Below are positions 37,145 to 51,200 of a DNA stretch of 64,000 nt, in pieces (position 1 is the first letter of the stretch; each line of letters starts with the position of its first letter). The position numbers and the translations under genes are program-made. The notes beneath the pieces were generated by a model. It searched no databases. It saw nothing but the letters and a program-made list of their open reading frames with translations, and was not told the origin of the DNA. This DNA is from Rotaria socialis (lineage: Eukaryota): assembly GCA_905331295.1 (NCBI GenBank), contig CAJNYD010000074.1, forward strand, positions 1-64,000. Direction: 5' to 3'.

Positions 37145-39613
37145 CCAATAAAGTTCATTAGCATTTTTTTTGCACAAATTTAGTTTTTGTTTTCATGTAT
37201 GTCTCATGCTGGTATCATTTGGATTTATGTGGCGCTTACATTGTTATTTATGTGATATGTGTATATAAATTCTGTTGAATGTCGAAAAACGAGACAGAAA
37301 AAAATAAAACAAACATTTCTTTTATTCATAAATATACATATTTAGGCTCTCTATATTTTAAGTAGAATCTACTAAGTTCAAAATTTTGAATTATTACATA
37401 AACTTAAGGCATTAGTGTTGCTAGTCTCGTAAAATTTTGTGTGTTCAAGGTATATCATCGGACCCAATACTCGGATTTTATAACAGCAGTCACTTATTTA
37501 TGGTTCTGAAAGCAACTCTGCTAGAGATGCTGGGAATAATCAATGAGCTATACTCGCAGCTCGAACGCATAAAACAAAGATGAAACTGAGAGAAAATTTT
37601 CTAATTACTAGTATCTCGTGTATAGCTATTATTTACTCAAATCAGAGTCAAACAAGCTATAGAACAGTTACATTACCTAGGTAAAATTAGCACAATACTT
37701 GAGGATTTTCTGTCGTGCTTCAGGCAGGCTTCGATTCCAAGTAAAACACGAGCAAAAATCATTCGCCAATTGCACATAATGAATGTTATAACAACTGAAT
37801 GAATTTTTATTTATTTATTGAGTTCAAGATATCACAGCGAAAAACAACGAATTTTGATTCTTTATTTATAGAAAAAAAAAGACTTCTATCTATCTTTGAT
37901 TCAATATATCATTTTTAACAATTAAGTTAATGCTTACTTTTAATTTAACATCATATTTATCCATGTCGTATACGGAGAAAAAACGGTCTTACAAAAAGTT
38001 CGTAATCGTCGTTCTAGGAGAATGTGCATAATAATTTATGGATGAAAAAGCTCGCAGGATTTCAATATACGAACACACAATTCACAGCATCGTAGATGAA
38101 ACTTCTCACAGGTAAGGTCATATTTTCAGCATTCTACCGTGTGCGCATGAGTTACGTGCATCGCTCATATCCTGTGAAAGTAAAACCCCATGTTGCGAAT
38201 ACCGGATCGGTAAAATCGCGGTTAACCGCCGATTTTCATGCGGTTTTTATTACATGGGATCGTTGATTCACATAGCTGAAACGGTTTTGTTGAATTCGAT
38301 AATATTGATTAATAACGAAAGACAACATGCACACTTTGTGTTTATTGTGATAACTGCTTTCGGCCAATAGAACTATATGCATAAGTTCTTGTTCGTCTTT
38401 CGAATCAAGTGATATTTTCATAAACTTTTTCAACAAAAATATCTGACCTCGTCGTATTCCACCTATAATTCACTCATACTTTTCTTGTCTATAGAAAGAG
38501 TCTTGGCTATGAAAAATTCTAAGATGTAAAAACGCATTGTAAGTTTTTTTCATATACGAAATCAAGCCACCACGTTTTCTTTTATTAATCAAAAAAGAAA
38601 CTTCGAGATTCAAATGGGGTTTATTTGTCTACTCAAATAATTAACGTATATTTTTGTTTTGATCATGACCATATAATACCGAAAAATAAGAAAGAAGATT
38701 GATAGAGCAAAATATCGCAAAGGTGACGAGCGCGTATATAAAAAGCACTGCTTGCTGGTTGAAAAATTATGTTTCATTGACTCAGGTAAACATTGATAAG
38801 TGGAGAAAAACCAAGTAATTTTGTCCACGACAAATACCGTTTACAACCTACTTTAAATGTACTAGACAAAGATTCGAACTCTTCAACATCACTTACTCTG
38901 CAAATATATTTGATTCCTAACATTTTTAGGCTAATCAAATTGAAGAAAGCAGAATCTGAGAAATATTTAATGTGAAAATGCTAAATGACCTGCTGCTCGA
39001 CTTGAATTGCTTATAGATTATATAGAAAAATCATAGTGAATGAATTTTCACCCGAAGAAATTGGTCTTCAATTGAAGATTAAATGTTTCTAGGCATACTT
39101 AAGTGCTGAATTTTCATTTATGAGATGGATAGAATTGTATGCTGAATTTCTTGAGAAGAATCTTCAATTCGAAAGGATAAAAACTACCAATCTTTCAACT
39201 CATTGCTAACAAATGCGAAAACTGTTTAGTCTGTAGTTGGTTTTATCACGAAGTTATTAGAAATATCGAAGTATGTTGATCTTCTGCTTGTAAATCAAAA
39301 ATTGCGAGTCTGTCTATCATTTGATACAACGATCGCTATAGTTTGAAGTCTCTAATGCTTGTTCCGTTTCGCTCTCGAATTCCATGGATGCGATTAATTA
39401 GTACTAAAGTTAGTTTCGAACAAAATCTGAATAGATAGTGGAGAATTTCATGAGCTATAAATTAGAAAATGATTGTTTTTTTCGAATATATTATCAAATA
39501 AGCGAGATAAATTAAAAATGAGAAGTTTCGTAAGCTTCTGTACTAGCATTCAGTACACCGATCATTGTATGAAATAGAAATCTAGATATTAAAGTTGGAA
39601 CGCTCGTAGTACC

Positions 39614-40115
39614 GGTAATCTTGAATTTGGTCGAAAGTAAAAATGTCGAAATTAAAAATGCCGAAACTGAGATCGTACTTCCACATATTTTTTCTTTCTG
39701 AAAATCAATTAACCAATAGACTTATTTAAAATCACATGTTTATTATTAAAAAAAAAGAAGACTACAAGACAATCTAAAAGTTTTTCGAAATAATTGTTTT
39801 TCCATCTTTAATTAATGATATATTAGCTTGATTATAACTTCTTTTTTGTTACAATTAAAGACAAGCTGTTCAGGAGATCAGACGCTGCAATAAGATAATT
39901 CTTATATCTATCATATAGCGTATTTATTCGACTTTGTAATGCTGTTGTTCGAATAGTAAATTTACAATAAGATAAACCAATATTCATCGAGAAATAATGA
40001 CATCTTCATCGCACACATTTCGGAACAGTTCCCATTAAAAACATTTTTACAATAGAGTTTTATTTCAATTTTCCTACTTTCGACATTTTTACTTTCGACC
40101 AAATTCAAAATAATC
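39614..40115. mobile_element. MULE-like MITE
   Basis: TIR core TTGAATTTGGTCGAAAGTAAAAATGTCGAAA matches at both ends. Flanking direct repeat GTAGTACC (39606-39613, 40116-40123), extendable to TCGTAGTACC. Confidence 0.85.
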
Positions 40116-40287
40116 GTAGTACCAGAATTTGCACAGCACTAGACAGTATGGATAGTAGCATGAAAAGACTACGGATTCAATTGTTCTCATCACGAAGAGT
40201 GCAGACATCTAGAAGTGCCTTTCTTTGCCATTCAAACCATTAATTTATTCTTAATTATATTAGTAAAAATTCCGAAGTACTTCCAGC

Positions 40288-42410
40288 ATGAATAAGAATA
40301 AACTAGCCATAGCTGACATCGCAAGCCATGCTCAACACAGTACCGAACATATATCACCATTTTCAAAGCAAGACACCACACAGACTTCAAGCAATATTGA
40401 TGCAGCTTCATCGGTAGTGTTTCAATCACGCTCCAGAAGAAGCATGCAAAATTTTCTTCTAGTGCGGCTTGGTGCCAATTTACTCGTCGATAATGACGAT
40501 TTTCAACATTCTTTGATACAACTTCGAACCATTGTTAATATATTCGAATATTTTTCTGATCCTGATCCGTGTACTGACTATTTGACAACTATTGAAGATG
40601 AACAAGTCTTTTTAATTGTTTCTGAGCGATATGGCGAAAACATTGTACCCCTCATCCACGACACGCCTCAAATTGATTCCATGTTTGTTTTCTGTAGCAA
40701 TAGTGAACAACAAGAAGAGCGACTAACTAACTGGCCGAAAGTGAAAGGCATCTACAGTTTAATTCAGTCTGTATGCACATCATTAAACAAAATTGTACTC
40801 AAATGTGAACAGAATCTGATACCGATGAGCTTCGTTCCAAACCAAATATTAGCAGCCGAAACATCGGGACACACAGAATCTTGATAAATTAGAGCCATCC
40901 TATACGTATTTGATGTTCTTCAAAGAAATACTATTAGAAATCGAGGAAGATGACACGAAAGCGATCAATGAGCTTGTGATTTACTGCCGTAATTAACACA
41001 TTTCTGAATCTCAATAGGAGAGTTTTCAGCGTGAATACGATCAAAAATCTCCCGTCTGGTGTTATGGCAGTGTTGGTTTCCTTTACAGTATGCTCAACAA
41101 GGCTTTACGTTTTATTAGGGGTAATATCTTCACCCTTCTCTTTATTGAGAAAAACGATAACTGACTAACTTCACAATAAACAAAAAGGAAAAAACAACAA
41201 AACAACGCACACACCTCTCCTCCTTCGAGAAGACAACATCAATTATATTTATATATATATATAAATATATCACATCGATAGATGTGGCGCGTGACTAGAT
41301 GAAAGAAAAAGGCAAGATTATAACGTATGTGAGGGTAGGCCCGTAACACATTTACTTGACATGGAGACGATGATAAAAATGGGCGTTTCTATTCGCAAGC
41401 TACATCGGGAAATTGAGCAGCTGCATGAAGAACAATCCCATGATCATAGGGAAAGCATTAAACTTTTTCGGGGTCAAGGGCTCATACAAAGCGACTTTCA
41501 ACGCTTACTTGACACAAAAAATGGACTTCTTTCATTCAATAACTTTTTCTCAACCAGTAAATGCAAAAACATAGCTATGGTGTTCGTTGAAAGTGCCTTG
41601 CAAGAAAATGAAGATATTGTGGGTGTTGTTTCTTCGATGAACGTCGATCAAAGTCAAATCCTAGCTGTCATTACACCATTCACCATGATGGATGGTCTCA
41701 GCGCTTTTGGAGAAGAACAAGAAGTACTTTTCTTAATGCGCACCATTTTCCGTGCGGATGATATTAACCAGATAACTGACAATACGTGTCAATGGAAAGC
41801 ACAATTGACTATTACAAGCGAAAATGGTCCACAACTTGCCAGTATCACCGATCACATGTAAGAGGAGATCCAAGGTAAAGGATGGTATCGAATGGCTCAA
41901 TTGATGCTAAACGTGGAACATTTCGATCAAGTCGAGGAACTCTTCAATGGTTTACTCGTTAATCACTCCAACGATACGGATACCACATTTATATATCACC
42001 AGCTTGGATCTTTGAAGCAACATCAAAGTAAATATCAAGAGGCAGTTACTTTTCACGCAAAAACACTCGCAATCGATCGGAGAACAATTCCAGAAGATGA
42101 TACTTCATTGGCTCCTGTTTATGGAACATTCGCTGCGTTGTACAATCAAATGGATGACTACACGAGAGCACTTGAACTATACGAAAAATTGCATAAAATA
42201 GGAGAACAACGTCTGCCTCCGTGCCATCAAGATTTCGCAAACTGCTACTACAACAACATTGGCGAGGTGTATAAAAACGTGGGTGATTACTCGAAAGCAT
42301 TTCCTTCTTTAGAAAAGGAGCTTATTATTAAACAAAAGTTACTTTCTTCGACACATTCAGACATTAAAGAAGCGATTAATAGTATAGAAATAGTGAAAAA
42401 GCAGCGGTGA
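40288..42410 (+). pseudogene. ADP-ribosyltransferase (R-S-E type) + TPR protein pseudogene
   Basis: Receiver-like N-terminal domain (NFLLVRL...VFLIVS...IDSMFVFC), ART motifs LFRGQG, NNFFSTS, EEQEVLF, then TPRs. Frameshift near 40880, in-frame stops near 40995, 41015 and 41859, and an LTR insertion. Confidence 0.85.
41113..41348 (-). mobile_element. Solo LTR (236 bp) inserted in the ART-TPR coding sequence
   Basis: Minus strand TGTTACGGG...CCCCTAATA (TG...CA with one substitution, short terminal inverted repeat). 5-bp TSD CGTTT/CATTT. TATA-like run and AATAAA on the minus strand. Removal restores NKALRLLDMETMIKMG. Confidence 0.82.
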
Positions 42411-44150
42411 ATATATTTTTTCTGTACTTTTTACTCAGTAATTGTTAATTGCATGATTATTGTTGCATATATGGAATTCATGCGGGCAATGAGGAAGAGT
42501 CTCTCGTCGTTCTAACGGGTACATATATAGCGGATCATGTGCGGGTGGAAAACCATGGCTTCTGTACTTAATTTGTTTTTAAGTACGAAAGTCGCGCTTT
42601 TTCCCTTTGATTTGTACTCACAATTTTCACAATCTAATGCATTTTGTTCTCTGGTTATCACAATTTAAAATATTGTTCAAGTCTCCATGTAGTCATAGCC
42701 ATCTTTGTGAAAACTGTATCCGTCCGTTTCAATAATGTTCTCAAAGAACTGTTTCCATGAGTCATGATATATAATTGCTTTTGTATAAACTAATCAGCCT
42801 GGCTATAGATCAATGCTAAGTCTTGCTACCTTGAATCGGCAAGAGGAATCAAACAAAGTGTGTACTATATAGAGATCTGTACATCATTTATGCTGTTTCA
42901 ACGAGCATAGAATGAAGTTCCGTGCTCCAGATCAACATGTAATAAAAAGCAATAGACTCCACGAATGATACAATCGCCTAACGTTCATGGAAACAATCAT
43001 TTATAAGTATATATTAAATAAAGTTCGTTATTATATAACGAAAGTACTTTTATGTTCAGTACAAATTTTCGAGAAAACCAAAGTTTATATTAAGAATAAG
43101 CAATACTTCCAAATAAATTTCGAAAATACATCAATTATAATTGAGATATTAAATTTTAGTTGGATTCGTTTTTCTTTTCTTTAATATATCCAAAAACATT
43201 TGTCTTAGGTCTACGTTTCATACAATTTTCTATGAATATCATGAATATGTTTTCAAATTTAGTCTAGCATGAGGATTAAATTTATTGACGAAGGAAACGG
43301 TCAGTGTCGAATATTAGATATAATTAGTTGTATGGATTTGTTACTATCTGTCGCTTCGTCTTCACATGTATGTAACCCATGTAGATGGCAGGTGCATACT
43401 TTTTTGTGCCACATAAGTTTTATTCGATATACTTTCTATCAATATAAAAGCAATCTTTTATTTATGTTTAAAGAACAAACACTAGAGTTATTGATATATT
43501 TATTTATCAATAAATTCATCATATCCTGTTGATGAACGTCAAACAGCAATATATTGGATGCACCAAATATGACATGTAGGTTATTACCTATTAACATAAA
43601 TTAGCGCTTACAGTTGATAATTTCGTGTAGTGTACTTTTATAAATATTACATGAAAGAAAAAACCAATAAGCTTGATCAACCCTGCATTTATCATGTGCA
43701 TGACACCTAATTGAGGATTATATATATATATTTCTAACGTTGCTATTATCATGAATTTAACAAACATCTGATGACCTTCTTCACGATAATAATATATTTG
43801 ATTTACTCTCGTGCATGTGTGAATATAATTTGTATTTAGATTATGTTCTTGTCAAATCTATCAGCCCCATTCTGCGTTTATTTTTCGCGTTATGGAATTT
43901 TTCTTGTATAGGAATTCGAATAACTTTATCTACAAATATTCTCAATAAAGACAAATCGAGCATTTCTCGTACGAAATAAAATATTTTAATTATTATTTCA
44001 TATTATAATGTTTTTATCAATTTTTTTTATTGTTTCTCTTAATAATTATAACACAACACAAACAAACATAGAATAAATTCTAACAGTTCTCAAAATAAAA
44101 CTGTCGGGAATAATTTTTTTTTTATTTCAATTAATTTTCTTTTAAGTCTA

Positions 44151-44589
44151 TTACATTAAATCAATTTTTTCCACTTTGACGTCAACTATATCACCATAAC
44201 CTTTCGTAAGCACTGGCACATTCGTACTGGTAATAAAACGTGTTTTACCATCAGCTACAATTCGTACACGTATAGAATAATTTGATGTTTTCTCAATTTC
44301 TTTCTCATCATATTCAAGTGAAAATTCTATGGGGAATGTTCGAATTTGATTTTCGAGAATTAATTTTGATACAGTATGAAACTTACGAACATAAGAACCA
44401 TCTTGCGAAGCAATATCTAGATTAGGAAAGTTTTCAATAACAATATAGAATTGAAAAATTCATTTTTCTTTTTATTGTCTACATACCAGTTAATGTCATA
44501 TCGTCGAGATAGATTAAAACCTTGTGATTATCATTGAGAACTTCACTACGTTTTTCATAATCGATTGTGCCTTCTATATATTTAACCAT
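44151..44589 (-). CDS. YbaY/YscW-like (bacterial lipoprotein/pilotin-fold) protein without signal peptide, 122 aa, 2 exons
   Basis: Exons 44589-44487 and 44416-44151: MVKYIEGTIDYEKRSEVLNDNHKVLIYLDDMTLTDIASQDGSYVRKFHTVSKLILENQIRTFPIEFSLEYDEKEIEKTSNYSIRVRIVADGKTRFITSTNVPVLTKGYGDIVDVKVEKIDLM. Confidence 0.8.
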
Positions 44590-46596
44590 TGCTAATAATT
44601 AATACGAATGAAATAATTTGTTTGACACTTCTTAAAGATATACACATATTAATGAAAGACTTCTTCTATTGAAGATCTTCTACAAACCTGGTTGGTCTTC
44701 GCTCGTGTTGATGCAAGTTCTGCGAGAATAAATATAATTGATTGCGCGAGTATGAAGAAGAAGCAATCTAGACGTGAGATAATGTGTTTACCGGCTCGAG
44801 TCGACAAGGTGTATGTGTGTGTGTGTTTGCTGGCAATAGACCGCGTTTTAAAAAGGAGACGGAAGCTTGCGCTCATACGAAGCGATTGTTTCTTCTTTCT
44901 TTCTTTCTTTCCCTATTTCCATATCCGTTGATTGTTAGAAAAGCGTTGACTCTTTCTCTGTAATTTTTTTTTGTTAGTCCTTTCTCTCTCTCGTTTTTTA
45001 AAAAAGAACATGAAAAAACCTGCAGCCAGAATGCTTAGCATCGTGCGCGACTAATATCACATTCAGTTCTTCGTTCTTACACAGAAAATCGAAGGAAAAT
45101 GTCTGTCTTATTAATGAAAGTTAAAAACAATCAAAAAAAAATAGGAACAATACTAAAAGAAGAAAAAAGAAAAAGTTGGTTCTTTTTGTTGTACTTTTCC
45201 GATCTATAATAAATTTGTCATCTGTTTCGGCTGATTCATTAGCACGAAGGAAAAGCAAGAAATTAAAAAGTTGAAGTCTTAAATAAAAATGAAAAGAATA
45301 AAAAAATTGCAAAATTTGACGCACTCATTCATTCCTTTTCTTGTTCGTACCGTTTGCACTATATTCATATGCGTGCTAGACAAAATAATTAATTCTAAAT
45401 TAATTAGATTCAATTGTTTTTTACTCACATTTTTTGATTGTATAATAAAATTCGATGAGGTTTATTAGCAATTAAGAATTAAACTTAAATCTATAACGAT
45501 CGGACAACTATATCGATCAATCAAAGAAAAGAAATAGGTTGAATATGAAGTGTACATCGTGAAATCATTTAGATTTGTCTTTTGATGAAATATTTATGTT
45601 GGTTTAAAATATTTAGTAATTGTAAATAGAATAGCTACTGAAATTTCGTAAAACGGAAAGTTAAACGTTTTTAATAGATCCACAGAGTTTATGAATAAGT
45701 ATGATTTATTCCAAGATTCATTGCATAAATGTAAAAGGAAGTGACATACACAATTTATAAGATTCTAAAATTAATCACAAAAATATGAATTATCGTCTTT
45801 CAAGAAGATTTCTGTCAGAAATTTCTATGGCAATTTTCTAACTTAAAAACAATAGCTCTACATACTAATTTAATATTCATTTACAGCAAAATCTAAAGCA
45901 TGCCAACATCTTTCTATCATTACAAGGAATGAATACAGGAAGTAAATTGTCGCAAGGGAAAGTTACCTAAGAAAAACAGTTTTGATTCTTCGATTTTCTT
46001 TTGTTATGACGGAAATCACAAAAATTCAAAGTCTAGATGTTGGTTATCAAATTCTGATAAATAATTTCTAGAATTAAACGCGTTCGTTATCAGTGCTATC
46101 GATTGAAGAACTATGCACTTTATATACGCTCTTAGTAGCAACAAAGTTCTATTGATAGATCGCAAACGATAATTTCCAAACAGCTTAAGAATGACATTGC
46201 AGTCTTGTTTGATGACTTCAAAATTCTCTTTATACATTTGTAAATACGAATAGCTCGGAAAATATGAGCTTTTTCAAGATGCTGCTGCAAACAAAATGAA
46301 GATAATACGCCACCTTTGGCTTTATGAAGCAATATTTTGGAAACATTTATTTAGTCTAAATTCGATTTAGATTATTTCAGAAACAATTTCTAAACGCGAA
46401 AATCTCCTTAATAGTTTTGAATATATTTCTCTTTTCTTCCCCTTGATTACTCATTGTTCCCTTGAACGACAACTTTTACTCTCCGTACTAATAGTTGTCC
46501 TTTGCCTATCAGTACTTACGAGTTTCATCAACGTTTCGCTCAATAAACTAGAATTTTAATAAAATTAAAATGATTTCAGAATTCAATGACCTTCTT

Positions 46597-46817
46597 ATAA
46601 GTGAACCTTTTTAAGTATTTTTCATACTTTTTGACTAAAAAGTACTGATAAGTACTTTTGAAAGTAAGAAAAGTATGATAAAGCACTATAGAAAGTGGAA
46701 AAATTATCAGAAAGTATTATAAAAAATGAAATATAGTAAGAGAAATTACTTTATTTTACTTTACTACTATTAAAAGTAATTAAAAGTGACTTTTAGTTCA
46801 CTTTTTTTTTACATGGG
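46597..46817. repeat. Degenerate MITE-like end with AAAGTA/TACTTT units
   Basis: Ends TTTTTTTTTACATGGG|ta, with repeated AAAAGT/ACTTTT motifs. The left end is unclear. Confidence 0.4.
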
Positions 46818-48218
46818 TAGTAGTTCATATTTATTAGGAAGAAAAATCACAGGTGGAATTGTTCTTTGACTCTGTTATATTGATCCTAATTTACTTCACA
46901 ATTGATCATACCGAATTCAACTTTAAATAAATCAGCAATCCGATTAAGAATATGAAAAGTAAACGCAACGCAGTGTTCGTTGTTATCATTGACTCAAATT
47001 GAGTTTCACGTTATACAGTGAATTGTTTATGTTGGCGAATTGTGTTTTTTTAATTCATCAAATCATAATGAAAGAATGAAAGTTACAATTTCTTGAAATA
47101 TTCCAGTCATAATCCAGCGAACTCTTTATTTGATTGTACATTTCTACACCGATATTTCAATACCATTCAAATGACATATCCAATAAAGGTTGAATACCAC
47201 GTTTCTTTAGTTGATTTTGTAACAACGAGAAAACAAATATATGATCGATAATGTTGAAATAGTCTAACTGTTACTCTTGACCTTGTCACCTTTCTCGTAA
47301 ATATTTTATTGAATTAATTATTTTTCTTGATGTTTTGCATCAGAATTTTTCTTTTATCTGTCAACACATGTGCGCCAAGCTTTTGAATATTTAATCCGTG
47401 GAAAATTTAGCATGAATTGATTAGATAATATTAAACATAAAACTACAAGATTCTATTTACTGACATGTATGAAATGAAATCTATAATTTTCTAAAAATGA
47501 TTGTTAAATTTTCCTAGTTTGACGTAATTATGATTTAGACCAATATGATACTTGTTATGACAAATACATTTCTATCTACCAAATTATGGATACTTTTGGT
47601 ATTGATGTGATGATTCATCGGCTTACTTCAGTCTACTACTAGGATGATTTATACAGACAAAAATATAAACAAGTCAGCCTGAGTTTTCACATTCTACTTG
47701 CGCATCTACAGGAAAAAAATATCATTAAATATGACGCATTAGCAAAAGGATGTAATTACTTGAAAACAAACTTTTAACTAGGTGAATCATCAAATATGAT
47801 TCTGAGAACATTTAATTGTTAAAATTATACAAAAATCATATAGCTAAAAGTTATAGAGAATCTTGTACTAGCCAAATCTAAAATTGATGCCAATCTTTTG
47901 ATATTGATGCTGTGTTGTGCAGAAATACAAAAGTAGATGGCACTAGTCGTATAGAGATTTTCTCTAAATCCTGACATGATTCAATCAGATCATAGACAAC
48001 TCGATTAACAAATACATTTAGAAGATTATTTTTAAATATTAGTTTCTATAATACATACTTTTAATTCGAGTTGTAGTTTTTTAAAATGACAGAACCAATC
48101 AGAATGTGATTATCTATTACTCATCACATCATGAGTATGACTCAGAAATATCGGATAAAAACAAACTGCGACAAATACCTAACTAAGTTCATTTTCTCGT
48201 TTATCAATACTATTGACG

Positions 48219-51200
48219 ATGATTTGTCGTCAATGTCTAATATGCTTTATTATTTTGCTGTTGATCAATGCAATTTTTACAGATATTTATTTACATAATC
48301 CAAGGTAATATATATATATAATATATAAAATTATAGAAACTACTATTCTGAAATTTCTCTCTCTATATATATATATGTATCAATTTTTAGAGGAAGTAAT
48401 GATCGGCACAATGAAAAGACTCCAAAACGTACCAATGACAATTTGTAAATACCTTTTTGAATTCATTATCATGTTCGAATATTCATAATTATCTATTTTT
48501 TTTATTTCACAGGAGTTTTGATTCAGAAAATAATCCTCGCGGTGGATATAATGTTGGCGATAATGGAACAATGTATTATTATACGAATTCAATACTGGCA
48601 ATTCAATGGTATTTAGAATTGTAAATATTCTTCTGTAATTTTCAACATTTCATGTAGGACTAATCAACATTCATGTAACGATGTTAATGCTGATTGTACA
48701 ATTATACTTCAGTATACATGCGGTGATCAACTTCGCGATGGAATGTCAACCACGTATGTCATTGATAGAATGTTTTCATTTTATTAATTTTTCAAAAATA
48801 GAACAATACCTGTAACAGTTGATGGAGAAAACAATGCAACATATAGATTAACAGAAGATTTAACATCATATTTAAATTGTCGTGTACGAAGTCGAAATAA
48901 GAATTTATTTACTGCTAATAAAGTAATAGAATAGAAAACAATGAATATGCTTTTACTAAAAACTTTTATTTGATGAATAGGGTCCCCAAGGTGATTCATC
49001 AATTTATACACGACAAAATACTGCTGGTACACAGTATGGCTACGAATGTCCAGAAGAGCGTGATTATTATCCATATTGGCAGCCAACTGATTGGATTGTA
49101 AGAGATATATTTTCTTAAATGCTTTCTTATTTTATTTATTCTCGATTTCGATAGGATATTGCTATTTTAACAAATCGACAAGATCTATGTTCTTACTATC
49201 GTCAAAATAGTCAAAATGTTCAATCACGTTTTGCTTGTTCATTTACTATAAAAGCTAATTTAATTCAAGCAAATAAACTTGGAATCATTTTACCGAATAA
49301 TAAAGAAGCATGCGAAGTATATTTATCATTGAGTTATTTTTGTTTATTTGATTTTAATTCTATTGATTATCTAGGCTTACAATGGTTCACTTGTAAATGG
49401 TGAGAAACCTAGTTGGGTTGAATTTCCAAGTAATAACCAAGCTCCACCTGATTGTTACTCACCACCATATACAACAGAAAATCATCTTGGTGATATTCAA
49501 GGTTCTGACATGGCAGTGTATAATTGGACATTACCAAGTACAAGTGCAGCAAAATGTGTTTTACGTGTTCGGTAAATTGTATTTGTTAATTTTGCTTTAA
49601 TATTTTTTTCTTGCTTTAGATATAATATATCAACTAGTGACTATGACGGATGGAATGTAAGTTCAAAAAATAACAGTGGCAATCTTTATATCATGAAAGA
49701 GTAAGATATAATAGATTTTTAGAGATTATTCATACAATTAGATTTTCTTTTTCTGTTTAAAAGATTTTTTCCAAACGCATCAGTTGCTGAACAACGTGGA
49801 TATCGTTATAAGGCCAATCCTGAAATTCAATTATTTGATAGTTTAAATTTAACATTTCAGCTTGCCATCAATACAGCGCAATATGGACGAGTTTTTCAAG
49901 ACAGGTTTTTAATTTCAAAATAATTATTTACAATAACAAAAATAAAAAAATATTATGAATAATTTAGATCGTATGTATTTGAAATACGACAACGTCCAGC
50001 TGCATATCAGGATACACCTATTTATAATCTAAATGTACGAGGTAGACGTGGAAATATTGTTCAAGGTAAATAAAACAAAACAAAATCGAAAAATCAAAAA
50101 CAGTTCTTTATCAGAAAATATTTTCATTTAGTATATCCAGCTATTGAATATGATTTTGTACCAAATCGATTAGAAATTCCACCGAATTCATATGTTCATA
50201 TTCAGTATGCATTATTTTATCTTAGATAATCGATAGAATTTTGTTTTCATTCAGATGGATTGGTTCAAACACAAGTCCGGCAGGCAGTGGACAAGGACAG
50301 GAAAATACTGACCGAAGTAATTTATTACTTTTAATTCAAAAAGTAAGTTTTAAAGTTAGATCAACGATGAGTAAATGTAGACTGTCTTGAAAATGAGAAA
50401 TACCGCATTTACAACTGTATTCAAAATTATTACAGTTGCAAAAACAAGCTAACGCCCTTGTCTGCATTCAATATTTAGAGTGTTTCGAGCAGCAATGATA
50501 AAACAAATAGTAATTATAATGACTGATTTTGTTTAGGTACTGAATCCGAATTGGAATCCCTTTCAATATTTGAATTCAACTGGTTTATTCAGTGCTAATA
50601 TGCCAAGTTTATTAAATACCACAAACTTTCTTAATTTACCAGTGAGCGATCTTCGATTATTGGCTGCTTCGGGACAAAGTAAAATTTTTATTTTATACTC
50701 TACTATCGTTATCAGATATACTTATATATATATATATTTTAGATACGGATACATTACTAAACAATGCTTCAGCATATTTCGATCTTGGGCCACGCTTAAT
50801 ATCTGCTGCTTCAGCTGGTGTTTATCAGTACGTATCAACGCGTAATAATGATTTTTCGAATCGAGATCAAAAAGGAAGAGTTATTGTTCAACCGTTTCAA
50901 TTCAAATATCAACTTGTTGGACTAGATAGTCAGACCATTAAATTAGGGTAAAGAATAATTTCACTTTTAATTGATTTTGTTGAGAAAAGGCTTTTCTTAA
51001 AATGCTTATTTAGAAATGCTACTTTGATATTTTCCGAGAACAATGTCAAATCCACAGTTACGATCAAATTTTCAAAATTTAATTGTGATCAACTTTCCAA
51101 AATTCTTCCTGAAAATGGGCAAAATATAGTTGTATGTAGAAAATTAGATTTCAAAAATCTTGTCTTAATTTAAAATATTCTCTCTGTTAGACAAAAGAAA

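Noticed and set aside
37960..38250. Short GC-rich motifs resembling transposon ends
   Set aside because: No partner TIR or TSD could be identified.
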